This document shows, one piece after another, positions 8,644-17,787 of a stretch of 64,000 bases of DNA. Each line of letters starts with the position of its first letter. Within the stretch, counting starts at the first letter, position 1. The stretch comes from Sulfuricurvum sp. Lineage in GTDB: Bacteria; Campylobacterota; Campylobacteria; Campylobacterales; Sulfurimonadaceae. The position numbers were made by a program, and so were the translations under genes. The stretch is taken from assembly GCA_030696285.1 (NCBI GenBank), contig JAUYSQ010000068.1, positions 2,231 to 66,230 on the forward strand, read 5' to 3'. The notes below the pieces were generated by a model, which was given only the letters and a program-made list of their open reading frames with translations, was not told where the DNA came from and did no database searches.

Positions 8644-10422
8644 TTAAATGGCACAGTTCGTATCGATCTTATAGACGCCAAGTTCACGTCCTTTGGTATC
8701 GACAACGTGTACGGCACAGGCAATACAAGGGTCAAAACTGTGAATGGTTCGGATAATCTCCAACGGTTGTTCCGGATTGGCAACTTTGGTTCCGATCAAA
8801 CTCGCTTCATACGCACCCAAACGCCCTTTGTGGTCACGCGGAGCTGCATTCCATGTTGAAGGGACGACGGCTTGATAGTTGGCTACTTTCCCATCCTCAA
8901 TACGAACCCAGTGTCCCAGTGCCCCGCGAGGTGCTTCTGCCATACCGCGACCTTTTGTACTGACGCTGACTTCATCAAAGTTAAACTCCGTCCAGGTACT
9001 TTTATCCCCTGCAGCAACGTTTTTGGCAAGTTCATCAATCCAATCGATCATCACATCCGACATCAACGAGGTCTCGATGGCACGCGCCGCCGTACGTCCG
9101 ACAGTACTAAACAACACCGCAATCGGGAGATTTCCGCGTTGTAAAAACTCAGTAACATATTTGGTAATACGCTCATCTTTTCGTGCAACACCGATAACCA
9201 TACGCGCCAACGGCCCCACTTCAACACGGGTGTCGTTATAAATCGGAGACTTGATCCAGCTGTATTTCTCTTTGGTTTTAAGATAGGCGATACCATCGGC
9301 ACGTTTATCAAGACCGGTGTATTCAGGAATCGTTTGCCCCTCATACGGATGGAGAGGCTTGTCCCCTTTGTACCAGGCATGGGTCACATCTTCGGCTATT
9401 TTATCCGGATCAATTTCGGCAACTTTACTAATATCACCTCCATAAACAACACCGCTTGGGAAGAGAAGCGCCGACTTGTAAAAACCGGTATCATCCAAAC
9501 GGAAATCACCGTAACTCATATAGTTCAGTAATCCTCCGCCCGTTCCGCCGACCCCTTTGCCCGCCATCAACTCAGTAAAAGTTGCTTTACTATCGGTCGC
9601 TTCATCGGCATACATGGTTCCAGCCATGTAAACATCCGGCAAGTATGCTTGTTTGACAAATTTACGGCCGGCAAGAAGCAATGATTTGAAAAGTGCGAGA
9701 CGCGCAGGATTTTGAATATCCTGAACACACGTTACCCCGCCCACCACGATGCTCTGAGGATGAGGGTTTTTACCGCCCAAGATCGCCTGCATCTTAGCCA
9801 TGTCGCGTTGAATATCCAATGCCTGCAAATAGTGCGCAACGCCGATTAGATTTTGTTCCGGAGTCAATTTATAATGAGCATTACCCCAATATCCGTTTCC
9901 AAAAATTCCCAAACGCCCTTGTTTTACAAATTTAGCCACACGATCCTGGATCGCTTTAAATTCGCTTTCACCATCAATAAAAGGTGATTCGCCTGCAACA
10001 GTAGCCCATTTACGAGCTTCTGCAGCGGTTTTAACGGGATCGGCTGAAAGAGCCGAAACCACATCCACAAAGTCAAGTGCATGAAGGTGGTAAAAGTGAA
10101 CCACATGGTCATGCAAATACAGAGCCCCTTGAATCAAGTTTCGCACAAGACGTGCATTTTTAGGAATCGTAATTTTGAAGGCATCTTCTACCGCTTCAAT
10201 CGAGCGCTGATAGTGGGTCCCTGTACAGACACCGCAGATACGCATTGCCAATAATCCGCAGTCACGCGGGTCACGACCCTGTAAAATGGTTTCAATCCCG
10301 CGGAACATCGTCGAAGAGCTATACGCATCGACAATCGTATTATTCTCATCAATAACCGCTTCAATACGCAAATGCCCTTCAATCCTTGTGATAGGGTCTA
10401 CTACAATATGCTTCTTACTCAT
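8644..10422 (-). CDS. hydB: Membrane-bound [NiFe]-hydrogenase large subunit (group 1b type)
   Basis: VDPITRIEGH, L1 RICGVC, L2 DPCIACAVH followed by a cleavable C-terminal extension; ATGA overlap with the hydA stop. Confidence 0.97.
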   Translation of the reverse strand: MSKKHIVVDPITRIEGHLRIEAVIDENNTIVDAYSSSTMFRGIETILQGRDPRDCGLLAMRICGVCTGTHYQRSIEAVEDAFKITIPKNARLVRNLIQGALYLHDHVVHFYHLHALDFVDVVSALSADPVKTAAEARKWATVAGESPFIDGESEFKAIQDRVAKFVKQGRLGIFGNGYWGNAHYKLTPEQNLIGVAHYLQALDIQRDMAKMQAILGGKNPHPQSIVVGGVTCVQDIQNPARLALFKSLLLAGRKFVKQAYLPDVYMAGTMYADEATDSKATFTELMAGKGVGGTGGGLLNYMSYGDFRLDDTGFYKSALLFPSGVVYGGDISKVAEIDPDKIAEDVTHAWYKGDKPLHPYEGQTIPEYTGLDKRADGIAYLKTKEKYSWIKSPIYNDTRVEVGPLARMVIGVARKDERITKYVTEFLQRGNLPIAVLFSTVGRTAARAIETSLMSDVMIDWIDELAKNVAAGDKSTWTEFNFDEVSVSTKGRGMAEAPRGALGHWVRIEDGKVANYQAVVPSTWNAAPRDHKGRLGAYEASLIGTKVANPEQPLEIIRTIHSFDPCIACAVHVVDTKGRELGVYKIDTNCAI

Positions 10423-11660
10423 TTGGACTCTCCTTCGCATTCACCTGATTTTTTACCCGCAACAGCACTTGCTGCCGCATGGATACCGATACCGATCGCC
10501 GTAGCAGTCAAAAGACCAAGACCGAATTCATCCACCGATTTCTCAACGCCGCCGGTCGGTGCTTTGATTTTCGCATCCGCCATAGGGCGTTCATACGCGT
10601 ATTTATCCCAAAAATCGGGCTCAGAACATCCAATACATCCCCGTCCGACACCGATTGGCCAGTTAACCCCTTCGTTGTAACGGACAATCGAACAGTTATT
10701 AAAGGTCATAGGACCTTTACATCCCATTTTATAAAGACAGAAATTGTTTTGAGCTCCGGCATCACCCCACTCTTCCACATATTCACCCGCATCGAAGTGA
10801 GCGCGGCGTTCGCAGTTATCATGGATACGATACCCGAATGCAAACTTAGGACGTAACAACGAGTCAAGTTCAGGGACTTGTCCTGTCAACACATAATGCA
10901 AGATTACCCCTACCATATTGGCCGGATTGGCCGGACAGGCTGGGATATTGATAAGCGGTTTGTTTTTAACGACATCCATAACGCCTACCGCACCCGTAGG
11001 ATTCGGTGAAGCGGCCGGAATACCGCCGAATGTTGCACAGCTTCCGACGGCAACAACGGCAGCAGCATTTTCAGCACAACGGAGAAGATGATCGTGGAAG
11101 GTTTCACCACTGGCACCGATCGTTCCGTATTGACCGTTCATCCCCATAGGAATAGAACCTTCAACAAATAAGATGTATTTTCCCTTGAACAGCTCCATCG
11201 CCTCTTCCATCTGCTTTTCCGCCTGATGACCCGAGGCTGCCTGCAATGTCTCATGGTATTCCAATGAGATAATATCAAGGACGATCTCATCAATTTTTGG
11301 TCCATCAGCACGTAAAAGGGCTTCGGAGTTACCGGCACAATCTTGCAGTTCCAGCCAAATGACCGGTGCGCGATTCATCATCACCACGGCGTCAGCAATG
11401 AGCGGTGTAAACATAGGAGGTAACATCAACATCGCCGTTGTTGCACTTGCCCATTTCATAAACTCACGTCTGTCAATTCCATTATCTTCTAAAAGATCCG
11501 AAAAATCGAGTCTATTTGCAGGTGCCTGTGCACGCATCTCATTCAAGCGTGCCTCACATTTTACAAACAGGTCTTGATAATACGTATCACCCTTGTTCGT
11601 TTCAACACGCGAACTTTTTGAAGTAAACAGTTTTTTAACTGCTTCTACTCTATCGGACAT
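10419..11660 (-). CDS. hydA: [NiFe]-hydrogenase small subunit with Tat signal and C-terminal membrane anchor
   Basis: RREFMK Tat motif, QDCAGNSE, GSCATFGG, HDNCERR, CLYKMGCKGP, CIGC, C-terminal TM helix; RBS GGAGG. Confidence 0.96.
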   Translation of the reverse strand: MSDRVEAVKKLFTSKSSRVETNKGDTYYQDLFVKCEARLNEMRAQAPANRLDFSDLLEDNGIDRREFMKWASATTAMLMLPPMFTPLIADAVVMMNRAPVIWLELQDCAGNSEALLRADGPKIDEIVLDIISLEYHETLQAASGHQAEKQMEEAMELFKGKYILFVEGSIPMGMNGQYGTIGASGETFHDHLLRCAENAAAVVAVGSCATFGGIPAASPNPTGAVGVMDVVKNKPLINIPACPANPANMVGVILHYVLTGQVPELDSLLRPKFAFGYRIHDNCERRAHFDAGEYVEEWGDAGAQNNFCLYKMGCKGPMTFNNCSIVRYNEGVNWPIGVGRGCIGCSEPDFWDKYAYERPMADAKIKAPTGGVEKSVDEFGLGLLTATAIGIGIHAAASAVAGKKSGECEGESK

Positions 11661-11677
11661 GATTCCCTCCTATATAA

Positions 11678-11693
11678 ATGAATAATCATTCAT
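11678..11693. promoter_or_regulatory. Palindromic operator ATGAAT-N4-ATTCAT in the hydA promoter
   Basis: Perfect 6-bp inverted repeat directly next to a TACTAT -10-like hexamer on the minus strand (11694-11699); it resembles the sites at 14627-14660. Confidence 0.6.
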
Positions 11694-11808
11694 ATAGTAG
11701 AGTGGAACAACTTAGATGTATCTTAAACAATGATAAAAACAAATAAATATTTATAAAATTAATACAAAATGCTACATAAGTATTTCTTTTATCTGAGAAT
11801 CTACCTAT

Positions 11809-13119
11809 TCAATGGGTTGTACATACCGAGCATACATCAAACGAGCGAAAAGTGAAGGTTGCTGTTTCGATGGAGTCAGCACCAATCATCGCTTTTTGGG
11901 CAGGTCCCGGAGTTTTTGGAGAACCGCATGAAAGGTTCCACTGTGTCGGTGTAATCAACCTGTAGTGATCTATTATCCCATTTTTTAGAATCACCGAATG
12001 GATCAAAGAGCCTCTCGGGGCTTCGACAATACCGATCCCCTCCCCACTGAGTGCGGTGATTTTTTTCAGCGGTTTAATATAGGAAGGTTCCTCCAGATTG
12101 ATGGAGTGTAAAAGCTTTTTACAATGTTCTAACAAAAGTGCTGCTTCATAACTTCTAGCCATGACCCGAGTATACGTACTGTCCTGATACTGTCGATACA
12201 TCTGCTTGATAAAAGGGACACCCTTGATCATCGCACGGGCCAAGGGGCCTGTTTCAAAAGAATTATGTTGATAAAGTGCGTTTTTTGCGTATGTTTTCTC
12301 ACCGATACTATAAGGTTCTTCCAAGGTTACAAATTTGGAATGTACTTTTGCCATACGTCTGTTCACCCATTTGGAGGATTTCGAAAATGCATGCTCTCCC
12401 ATGGCAAGATATCGATCATACGAAAACCCCTGCTCATGCATTTTGGCTTTTTTAAGCATTTTTTCTATCTTTTCCATATCGCCGGTAACCGTTAAAAAAG
12501 CTTTATCCGATGAGAAATGACTATACTCATCCAGCGTAATTCCAATCAGTTCCTTTTCAAACCATCGGATCAATTCATCCAGCAATCCCTCTGCACGAAT
12601 ACTATCGACATGCGTAGGATCACACGTCACACCCCCGGGTATCATATACGACGAATGAGGCCATTGCCCGGCAAAAATAGCCAAAATTTTTGTCGCGAGC
12701 GACGCTGCGTATGCCCCTTTGAGACGGCATGAATCTGCAATCTTCTCTTGAAGCAGATGCGATAATTCAGGATAAATGACAAGATAGAGCCATTTTAGAT
12801 GGTTTTGTATCAGTTCTAACGTCAGGGTTAATTCTCTAATACTTTCGGCTTTTTGTGAAATCTCGACGGGTGCACCGCAATTTGCGTACACCGATTCAAT
12901 CGCTCTAACCGCCGCAAACAGATGAGAATGGCCACATATACCGCAGACACGCGGCGTGATTACCAAAGCATCCATTGCCGGTTTTGATTGTAAAATCGCC
13001 TCCATTCCGCGAGAGTGGGGAAAGGCTATCGTAGCAAAAGAGACGTGATTCTTTTCAAACTCAAACTGTACAGAGGCTTCCCCCTCGATCCGTTCAATCC
13101 ATTTACGTATTGTCATCAA
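11809..13119 (-). CDS. Cytoplasmic [NiFe]-hydrogenase large subunit (group 2d-like, HupV-related)
   Basis: ERIEGE, L1 RVCGICGH, L2 DVCSVCTTH ending at the stop, so there is no C-terminal extension. Confidence 0.92.
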   Translation of the reverse strand: MMTIRKWIERIEGEASVQFEFEKNHVSFATIAFPHSRGMEAILQSKPAMDALVITPRVCGICGHSHLFAAVRAIESVYANCGAPVEISQKAESIRELTLTLELIQNHLKWLYLVIYPELSHLLQEKIADSCRLKGAYAASLATKILAIFAGQWPHSSYMIPGGVTCDPTHVDSIRAEGLLDELIRWFEKELIGITLDEYSHFSSDKAFLTVTGDMEKIEKMLKKAKMHEQGFSYDRYLAMGEHAFSKSSKWVNRRMAKVHSKFVTLEEPYSIGEKTYAKNALYQHNSFETGPLARAMIKGVPFIKQMYRQYQDSTYTRVMARSYEAALLLEHCKKLLHSINLEEPSYIKPLKKITALSGEGIGIVEAPRGSLIHSVILKNGIIDHYRLITPTQWNLSCGSPKTPGPAQKAMIGADSIETATFTFRSFDVCSVCTTH

Positions 13120-13987
13120 TCAACCTCTTCTCCAAGCGCGGTATACGAAACGATTTGGCAATGCCCGTTAAGGTCAAATAGCTCCTCTTGGATATCCCAA
13201 GCGGAACATCTTGAGGTATCGACATATTGGTTTTCGTTTCAAACATATTGGTACGGGGGAAATCCGGCTCTGTACATCCGAAACATGGAGATCCGGTACG
13301 TGTTTTCGAGCTCACATCATTCCATAATATCTTGTTACAGGAGGCATGCGTCATAGGTCCTCGGCACCCTTGCTTATAAAACAAACACCCCTCTTTTGTT
13401 CCAAACTGATCTGCGTCGACTTTCCATTCAAAATATTCATTGCGGGTACACCCATGATGTGCCAAATAGGCATACAACTCTTTGGGGCGATGCATTTCAT
13501 CGATTAAAATTACTTTATTATCCGCAATCATACGAAGGGTATACCCCAACCATTCCGGATGTATCGGACATCCCGAAAGATTAATCAGTTTTGGGCTCTT
13601 GGCAAAAGGGCCTTTGGCTATTTCCCGATCAAATCCAAGTCCGGTAATATACTCAGGATCGCTTTGTTTAAACATCCCCCCAAAACTTGCACAGCTTCCG
13701 GCGGCGATTATCGTGGTTGCACTTGAGCCATAGTGCTGAACCAACGTTTCCATACGGGCACCGGCTCGCATCATCCGAGGATCATAGGCTCCCTCAAATA
13801 TAAGAATATCACACTGTTGAGTGCAGGAGGCAATCTCTTCGAGTGTATACGTAGCCGGTAATAGCGGATGATAGAGGAATTCAAAGGTTTCAAGAATATA
13901 AGAAAGATGGGGGTAATTAAGAAAAGAGTGTGTGTTGCCGTTGCAGGTTACGCCCTGAAGCCATAAGAGCTTTGGGCGTGATTTCAT
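13103..13987 (-). CDS. Cytoplasmic [NiFe]-hydrogenase small subunit (group 2d-like, no Tat signal)
   Basis: LLWLQGVTCNGN, GSCASFGG, GCPIHP, HHGCTR, GCLFYKQGCRGP, CFGCTEP. Confidence 0.92.
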   Translation of the reverse strand: MKSRPKLLWLQGVTCNGNTHSFLNYPHLSYILETFEFLYHPLLPATYTLEEIASCTQQCDILIFEGAYDPRMMRAGARMETLVQHYGSSATTIIAAGSCASFGGMFKQSDPEYITGLGFDREIAKGPFAKSPKLINLSGCPIHPEWLGYTLRMIADNKVILIDEMHRPKELYAYLAHHGCTRNEYFEWKVDADQFGTKEGCLFYKQGCRGPMTHASCNKILWNDVSSKTRTGSPCFGCTEPDFPRTNMFETKTNMSIPQDVPLGISKRSYLTLTGIAKSFRIPRLEKRLIDDNT

Positions 13988-14598
13988 TGTTTGCGCAGAG
14001 CATTGTAAATATTCTCTGCTATTGCGGATTCATAATCACTTAATGGATGAGGCAGCACCTCTTCTCCGTTTAAAAATACCATTCCTCCCAAATACCCCAT
14101 AAACAGTCCCAACGCACTGAAAAAATCCTGATCTTTTAAGACTCCGCTTTGTACCCCATCATCAAAAAAGAGCATCAATTCTGTTACGAAATCAGAGACA
14201 CAGACCATTCCGGTACACTCCTTCGTAAATATTTCACGATTGGAAAGAAAAACACGTAAAAAATATTCAATGAGCTCAGGACGCTCCCGTGCGATAGTAA
14301 AATACATTTTGACGATCATATCCATTTTTTCTCTTACCGATTTGTCCGACATATTGATTTCTCTTAGTTTCTCACCCAACATGGATGAAATATAGAGCAT
14401 AAGTTCTTTTGCAAGTTCATCTTTGGAAGAAAAATAATTATAAAGATTCCCGACACTCATCCCTAACTTTTTAGAGATAACCGGCATCGTTGTTGTATAA
14501 AAGCCTTCTGTCGAAAAAAGCTTTAAAGCTGTCTGCATAATAGACGCTTTACGATCTTCTTTTTTTGTATTTATACTTTTTTCTGGTTCACTCTTCAT
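13984..14598 (-). CDS. TetR/AcrR-family transcriptional regulator
   Basis: ALKLFSTEGFYTTTM..ISKKLGMSVGNLYNYFSSKDEL HTH; ATGA overlap with the small-subunit start. Confidence 0.95.
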   Translation of the reverse strand: MKSEPEKSINTKKEDRKASIMQTALKLFSTEGFYTTTMPVISKKLGMSVGNLYNYFSSKDELAKELMLYISSMLGEKLREINMSDKSVREKMDMIVKMYFTIARERPELIEYFLRVFLSNREIFTKECTGMVCVSDFVTELMLFFDDGVQSGVLKDQDFFSALGLFMGYLGGMVFLNGEEVLPHPLSDYESAIAENIYNALRKQ

Positions 14599-14626
14599 TC
14601 TTACATCCTACTTTCTATTCATTGAA

Positions 14627-14660
14627 TCAACATACGTTTAATAGCATGAACATACGTTCA
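14627..14660. promoter_or_regulatory. Tandem operator sites (TCAAC-ATAC-GTTTA and TGAAC-ATAC-GTTCA) upstream of tetR
   Basis: AACATACGTT repeats with a 20-bp period; the second site is a perfect TGAAC-N4-GTTCA palindrome. Confidence 0.65.
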
Positions 14661-14926
14661 GCTCAACTAATTTCACTATTCTATACTACTACTCTTAAAA
14701 ACGATATAAGTATTCAAGGGTTATCCATTGATGGAGCGATTGCGACTCAGCGGTTATTTCGTCATAAAATACAAAAATTTAAGTATCATGGAGTAATGAA
14801 ACAAATTGCAGAGGATTTTGCGGTCTCTCTTTTCCCTCATGTCCATATTGTTTCTAAAAGAGTGTACAATCCGTTCTTACATATTACTTGAACTAAAAAG
14901 TTATGCACTTACAAAAAGGGTCTATT

Positions 14927-15295
14927 ATGCCGTTTACTCCAGAACAACGTCTCATTATCAAAGAATCGAGTGAACTCTATGGGAAAGAGGTCACTCGTAT
15001 CAACGATTGTATCGAGAATGAGAGTGATAACGGTCGATGTGATCAGCTTTATTTGCTTCGTGCCCTTTGCACCATCGAACATACCAATCGTATTGGACTC
15101 TTAAATGATGAGGAAATGTCCGATGAACGCCTTGAAACACTGACGAGGGAAGTTAACCGCTTTTTTCCAAAAAAAGATGACGCAGAGCTATTTGATGATA
15201 TTGCTATTTTAGAAGACGATGTCAAAACCCGATTCTTTAACAATCCAACCAAAGAAAAACAAGCCCTTTTAAATGCGCTGGGGCTAACCCTTTAA
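14927..15295 (+). CDS. Hypothetical protein
   Basis: 122-aa ORF (MPFTPEQ...) with an AAGGG RBS; followed by the palindrome taaccctttaagggtta overlapping the stop. Confidence 0.65.
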   Translation: MPFTPEQRLIIKESSELYGKEVTRINDCIENESDNGRCDQLYLLRALCTIEHTNRIGLLNDEEMSDERLETLTREVNRFFPKKDDAELFDDIAILEDDVKTRFFNNPTKEKQALLNALGLTL

Positions 15296-15323
15296 GGGTT
15301 ACTAGATACTTAGGATATCCATC

Positions 15324-15554
15324 GTGTATACAAATCTACCCCTGCCGAAAAGCAATCATCACCTTGTCATCCAATACCCTCAAGGAAGAACCTATGGGGA
15401 GTGTGTTTATGATGAACTCTTAAGCATTCGGATGATTGAGGGGAGTTTTATTACAACTTTGCACATCAAAGACAAACCTAAACGGATGAATCGTTCTGAT
15501 GCCCTGCACTATTACACTCAGAAGTTACGACAGGTGTGGGGAAATCTTCCGTGA
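15324..15554 (+). CDS. Possible small hypothetical protein
   Basis: 76-aa GTG-start ORF filling an otherwise empty gap; no recognised motif. Confidence 0.3.
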   Translation: MYTNLPLPKSNHHLVIQYPQGRTYGECVYDELLSIRMIEGSFITTLHIKDKPKRMNRSDALHYYTQKLRQVWGNLP

Positions 15555-15598
15555 AATTTTGGCTCTGAGTTCTTGCATACCCTTATTTATCCACTATA

Positions 15599-16348
15599 TC
15601 AGATACACATAAAACGGGCATACAATGCGTTGTGATCTGAAAATCTTTCGACATCGATAACATAACTCTCTTTTAGTTTCAATCCCCGATAAAAAATATG
15701 GTCCAGTTTGTGTTTCATAAATGACTTGATCAAATGATCGTGATCCATATTAACGCTTTCAAGACGTAAGTCACCCATCAATTGCAGGACAATATTCATT
15801 CGATTCCGATTCCAGCTGTTAAAATCCCCCGTTACAATCATTGCCCCCTGATGATGACGCACCCGCTCTAAGATCGCTTCGATTTCCTTATTGTATATCC
15901 TGATCGCTCTAAAGTTTATCGCATGAAGATTAACCAATAAGAGGGTAGTTCCGTCATGCAGTGGATAATAGGAAAAAATCGCACTTTTATGGGTTTGAAT
16001 CAAACTTTCAAGATGCGTCGAGAGAAGAGAGAAAGTCTCTTTTTCCGCAATGCGAGAACCGTTGAGAACGCCATAGGTATGATTCCAGAATCTCATATTA
16101 GGGGCAAATGAAAAGTGAAAATTATCAAAAAAATGATTATTATTCGGGTTGAGTTTTACCTCTTGAAGGGCTACAAGATCAATAGTGTAACGCTGAAGCA
16201 ACTCTCCAAAATAGAGATTAAAACGAAATCTGAGATTTTGTTTATGAACATTCCAGCATAACAGACCAAATTCAGAAGGCAAAGCCTCTTCTTTTTGTTT
16301 GCCAAGAGAACTTTGAATGGCTCCTTCTGGTTTCAGCATGACGTCCAC
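15599..16348 (-). CDS. Endonuclease/exonuclease/phosphatase (EEP) family protein
   Basis: CWNVHK, VALQEV, VNLHA, TGDFNSW, LDHIFYRG, SDHNAL; located downstream of cls, like ybhP-clsB. Confidence 0.9.
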   Translation of the reverse strand: MDVMLKPEGAIQSSLGKQKEEALPSEFGLLCWNVHKQNLRFRFNLYFGELLQRYTIDLVALQEVKLNPNNNHFFDNFHFSFAPNMRFWNHTYGVLNGSRIAEKETFSLLSTHLESLIQTHKSAIFSYYPLHDGTTLLLVNLHAINFRAIRIYNKEIEAILERVRHHQGAMIVTGDFNSWNRNRMNIVLQLMGDLRLESVNMDHDHLIKSFMKHKLDHIFYRGLKLKESYVIDVERFSDHNALYARFMCI

Positions 16349-16352
16349 ATCT

Positions 16353-17723
16353 TCATAATTGAGGAGAAAAAATTCTCATAAAATTTTCCAAAATTACCCT
16401 TTTTTTTGATCCTTTTTTCATCCCCAAGCTCGAATGCGCTATAAGCTCTTTTATCCAATGTTCCATTGCGACAATGACCGACGTTGAATACACGAAACTG
16501 ACAACTTCATAGTTTAGAAAAAGGCTCCTGTTATCAACATTAACCGATCCCAGCATCACGGCATAATCATCCAATAAAAGAGCTTTGGTATGAAGCATAT
16601 TGCCATTATAAAGCAACACTTCAATTCCGTTCTCCTCGAATTCCCGCATATAACTGCTTCGTCCTATGTCGGCTATCCAATGATCGGAGGTACACGGAGT
16701 GATCAGCTTGACATCGATCCCTTTGTGTTTGGCGATAATAAGCGCCCGCAGAATGGTCTCATCCGGCACAAAATAAGGGGTAACGATCCATACCCTTTGC
16801 ACTGCTGAATGGATAGCACTCAATAACGTTTCATAAAGGGCATCACTCCTCATATCGGGTCCCGAGGGGACAACTTGAATGGCATTGATCCCGGCAGATA
16901 TTGTTTCTCTTTTTCTCGCAACTCTCTTCTCACCCGAGGCATAGCCATAATCAGCCATAAAAATCTCAACATAGGAGAAAACGGCTTCCCCTTCAATGCG
17001 AAAAATCATATCAATCCATCGCTTTTTTACGGGCGTCGAACCTAAATATTTCTCCCCAAGATTCATTCCGCCGGTGAGAACGATGCGCTCGTCAAAAAGA
17101 TAAATTTTACGGTGATTACGCAGGTTGATGTAATTTTTTAACGGATGTTTCAAGATCGGCATAAAAAACACCGCTTTCCCCCCGGCATCCCTAAATTCTC
17201 GGAGCGGGCGCTGCCAAAAGTACAATGAGTATGATCCTACGGCATCGATCAACAGCTTGACATCAATCCCCTCAGCCGCTTTTTGCGTCAATGCGTCCAA
17301 GATGACTTTTGTTGTCGAATCGTTTTTTAAAACATACGTACTGATGCAGATGGACTCTTGCGCATTCATAATCTCATGAAGCAGGACATTATAGGCATCG
17401 ACCCCGTCAAAGTAGAGTTGAATATCATTGCCCACGGTTGTACCGGCAATAGCGTGGCTGGCTAATACCGTTTCTATCGGATTGAGGGGTGCAGGGTTCG
17501 GTTGATGCTGTTCGTGAAGCATCAGCGTGCTTTTTTTGCTTTTTTGCCGTATTTTTCGATTGCCAAAAATAAAATAGAGGATAAAAGCGGGGAATGGAAA
17601 CATAAGGATCACCATAAACCAGGCCAGAATGGTACTATGGTTTCTCCGCAGATAGAGCATATGAAGCAACGTCACTGTTTGCGCGGATACAACAAACAGT
17701 ACATAAAAAGTTACATAGCTCAT
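16353..17723 (-). CDS. cls: Cardiolipin synthase (phospholipase D family)
   Basis: Two HKD motifs (NHRKIYLFD, LHTKALLLD) and N-terminal PLDc_N TM helices. Confidence 0.92.
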   Translation of the reverse strand: MSYVTFYVLFVVSAQTVTLLHMLYLRRNHSTILAWFMVILMFPFPAFILYFIFGNRKIRQKSKKSTLMLHEQHQPNPAPLNPIETVLASHAIAGTTVGNDIQLYFDGVDAYNVLLHEIMNAQESICISTYVLKNDSTTKVILDALTQKAAEGIDVKLLIDAVGSYSLYFWQRPLREFRDAGGKAVFFMPILKHPLKNYINLRNHRKIYLFDERIVLTGGMNLGEKYLGSTPVKKRWIDMIFRIEGEAVFSYVEIFMADYGYASGEKRVARKRETISAGINAIQVVPSGPDMRSDALYETLLSAIHSAVQRVWIVTPYFVPDETILRALIIAKHKGIDVKLITPCTSDHWIADIGRSSYMREFEENGIEVLLYNGNMLHTKALLLDDYAVMLGSVNVDNRSLFLNYEVVSFVYSTSVIVAMEHWIKELIAHSSLGMKKGSKKRVILENFMRIFSPQL

Positions 17724-17787
17724 GTTAAACCCTGTCTACAGTATGTCTTTTTGCTTATTATAGCAGTAGTGATGTGAGATGACTCCT

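Noticed and set aside
8644-13119. Selenocysteine ([NiFeSe]) recoding in the hydrogenase large subunits
   Set aside because: Both L2 motifs use Cys codons and there are no in-frame TGA codons.
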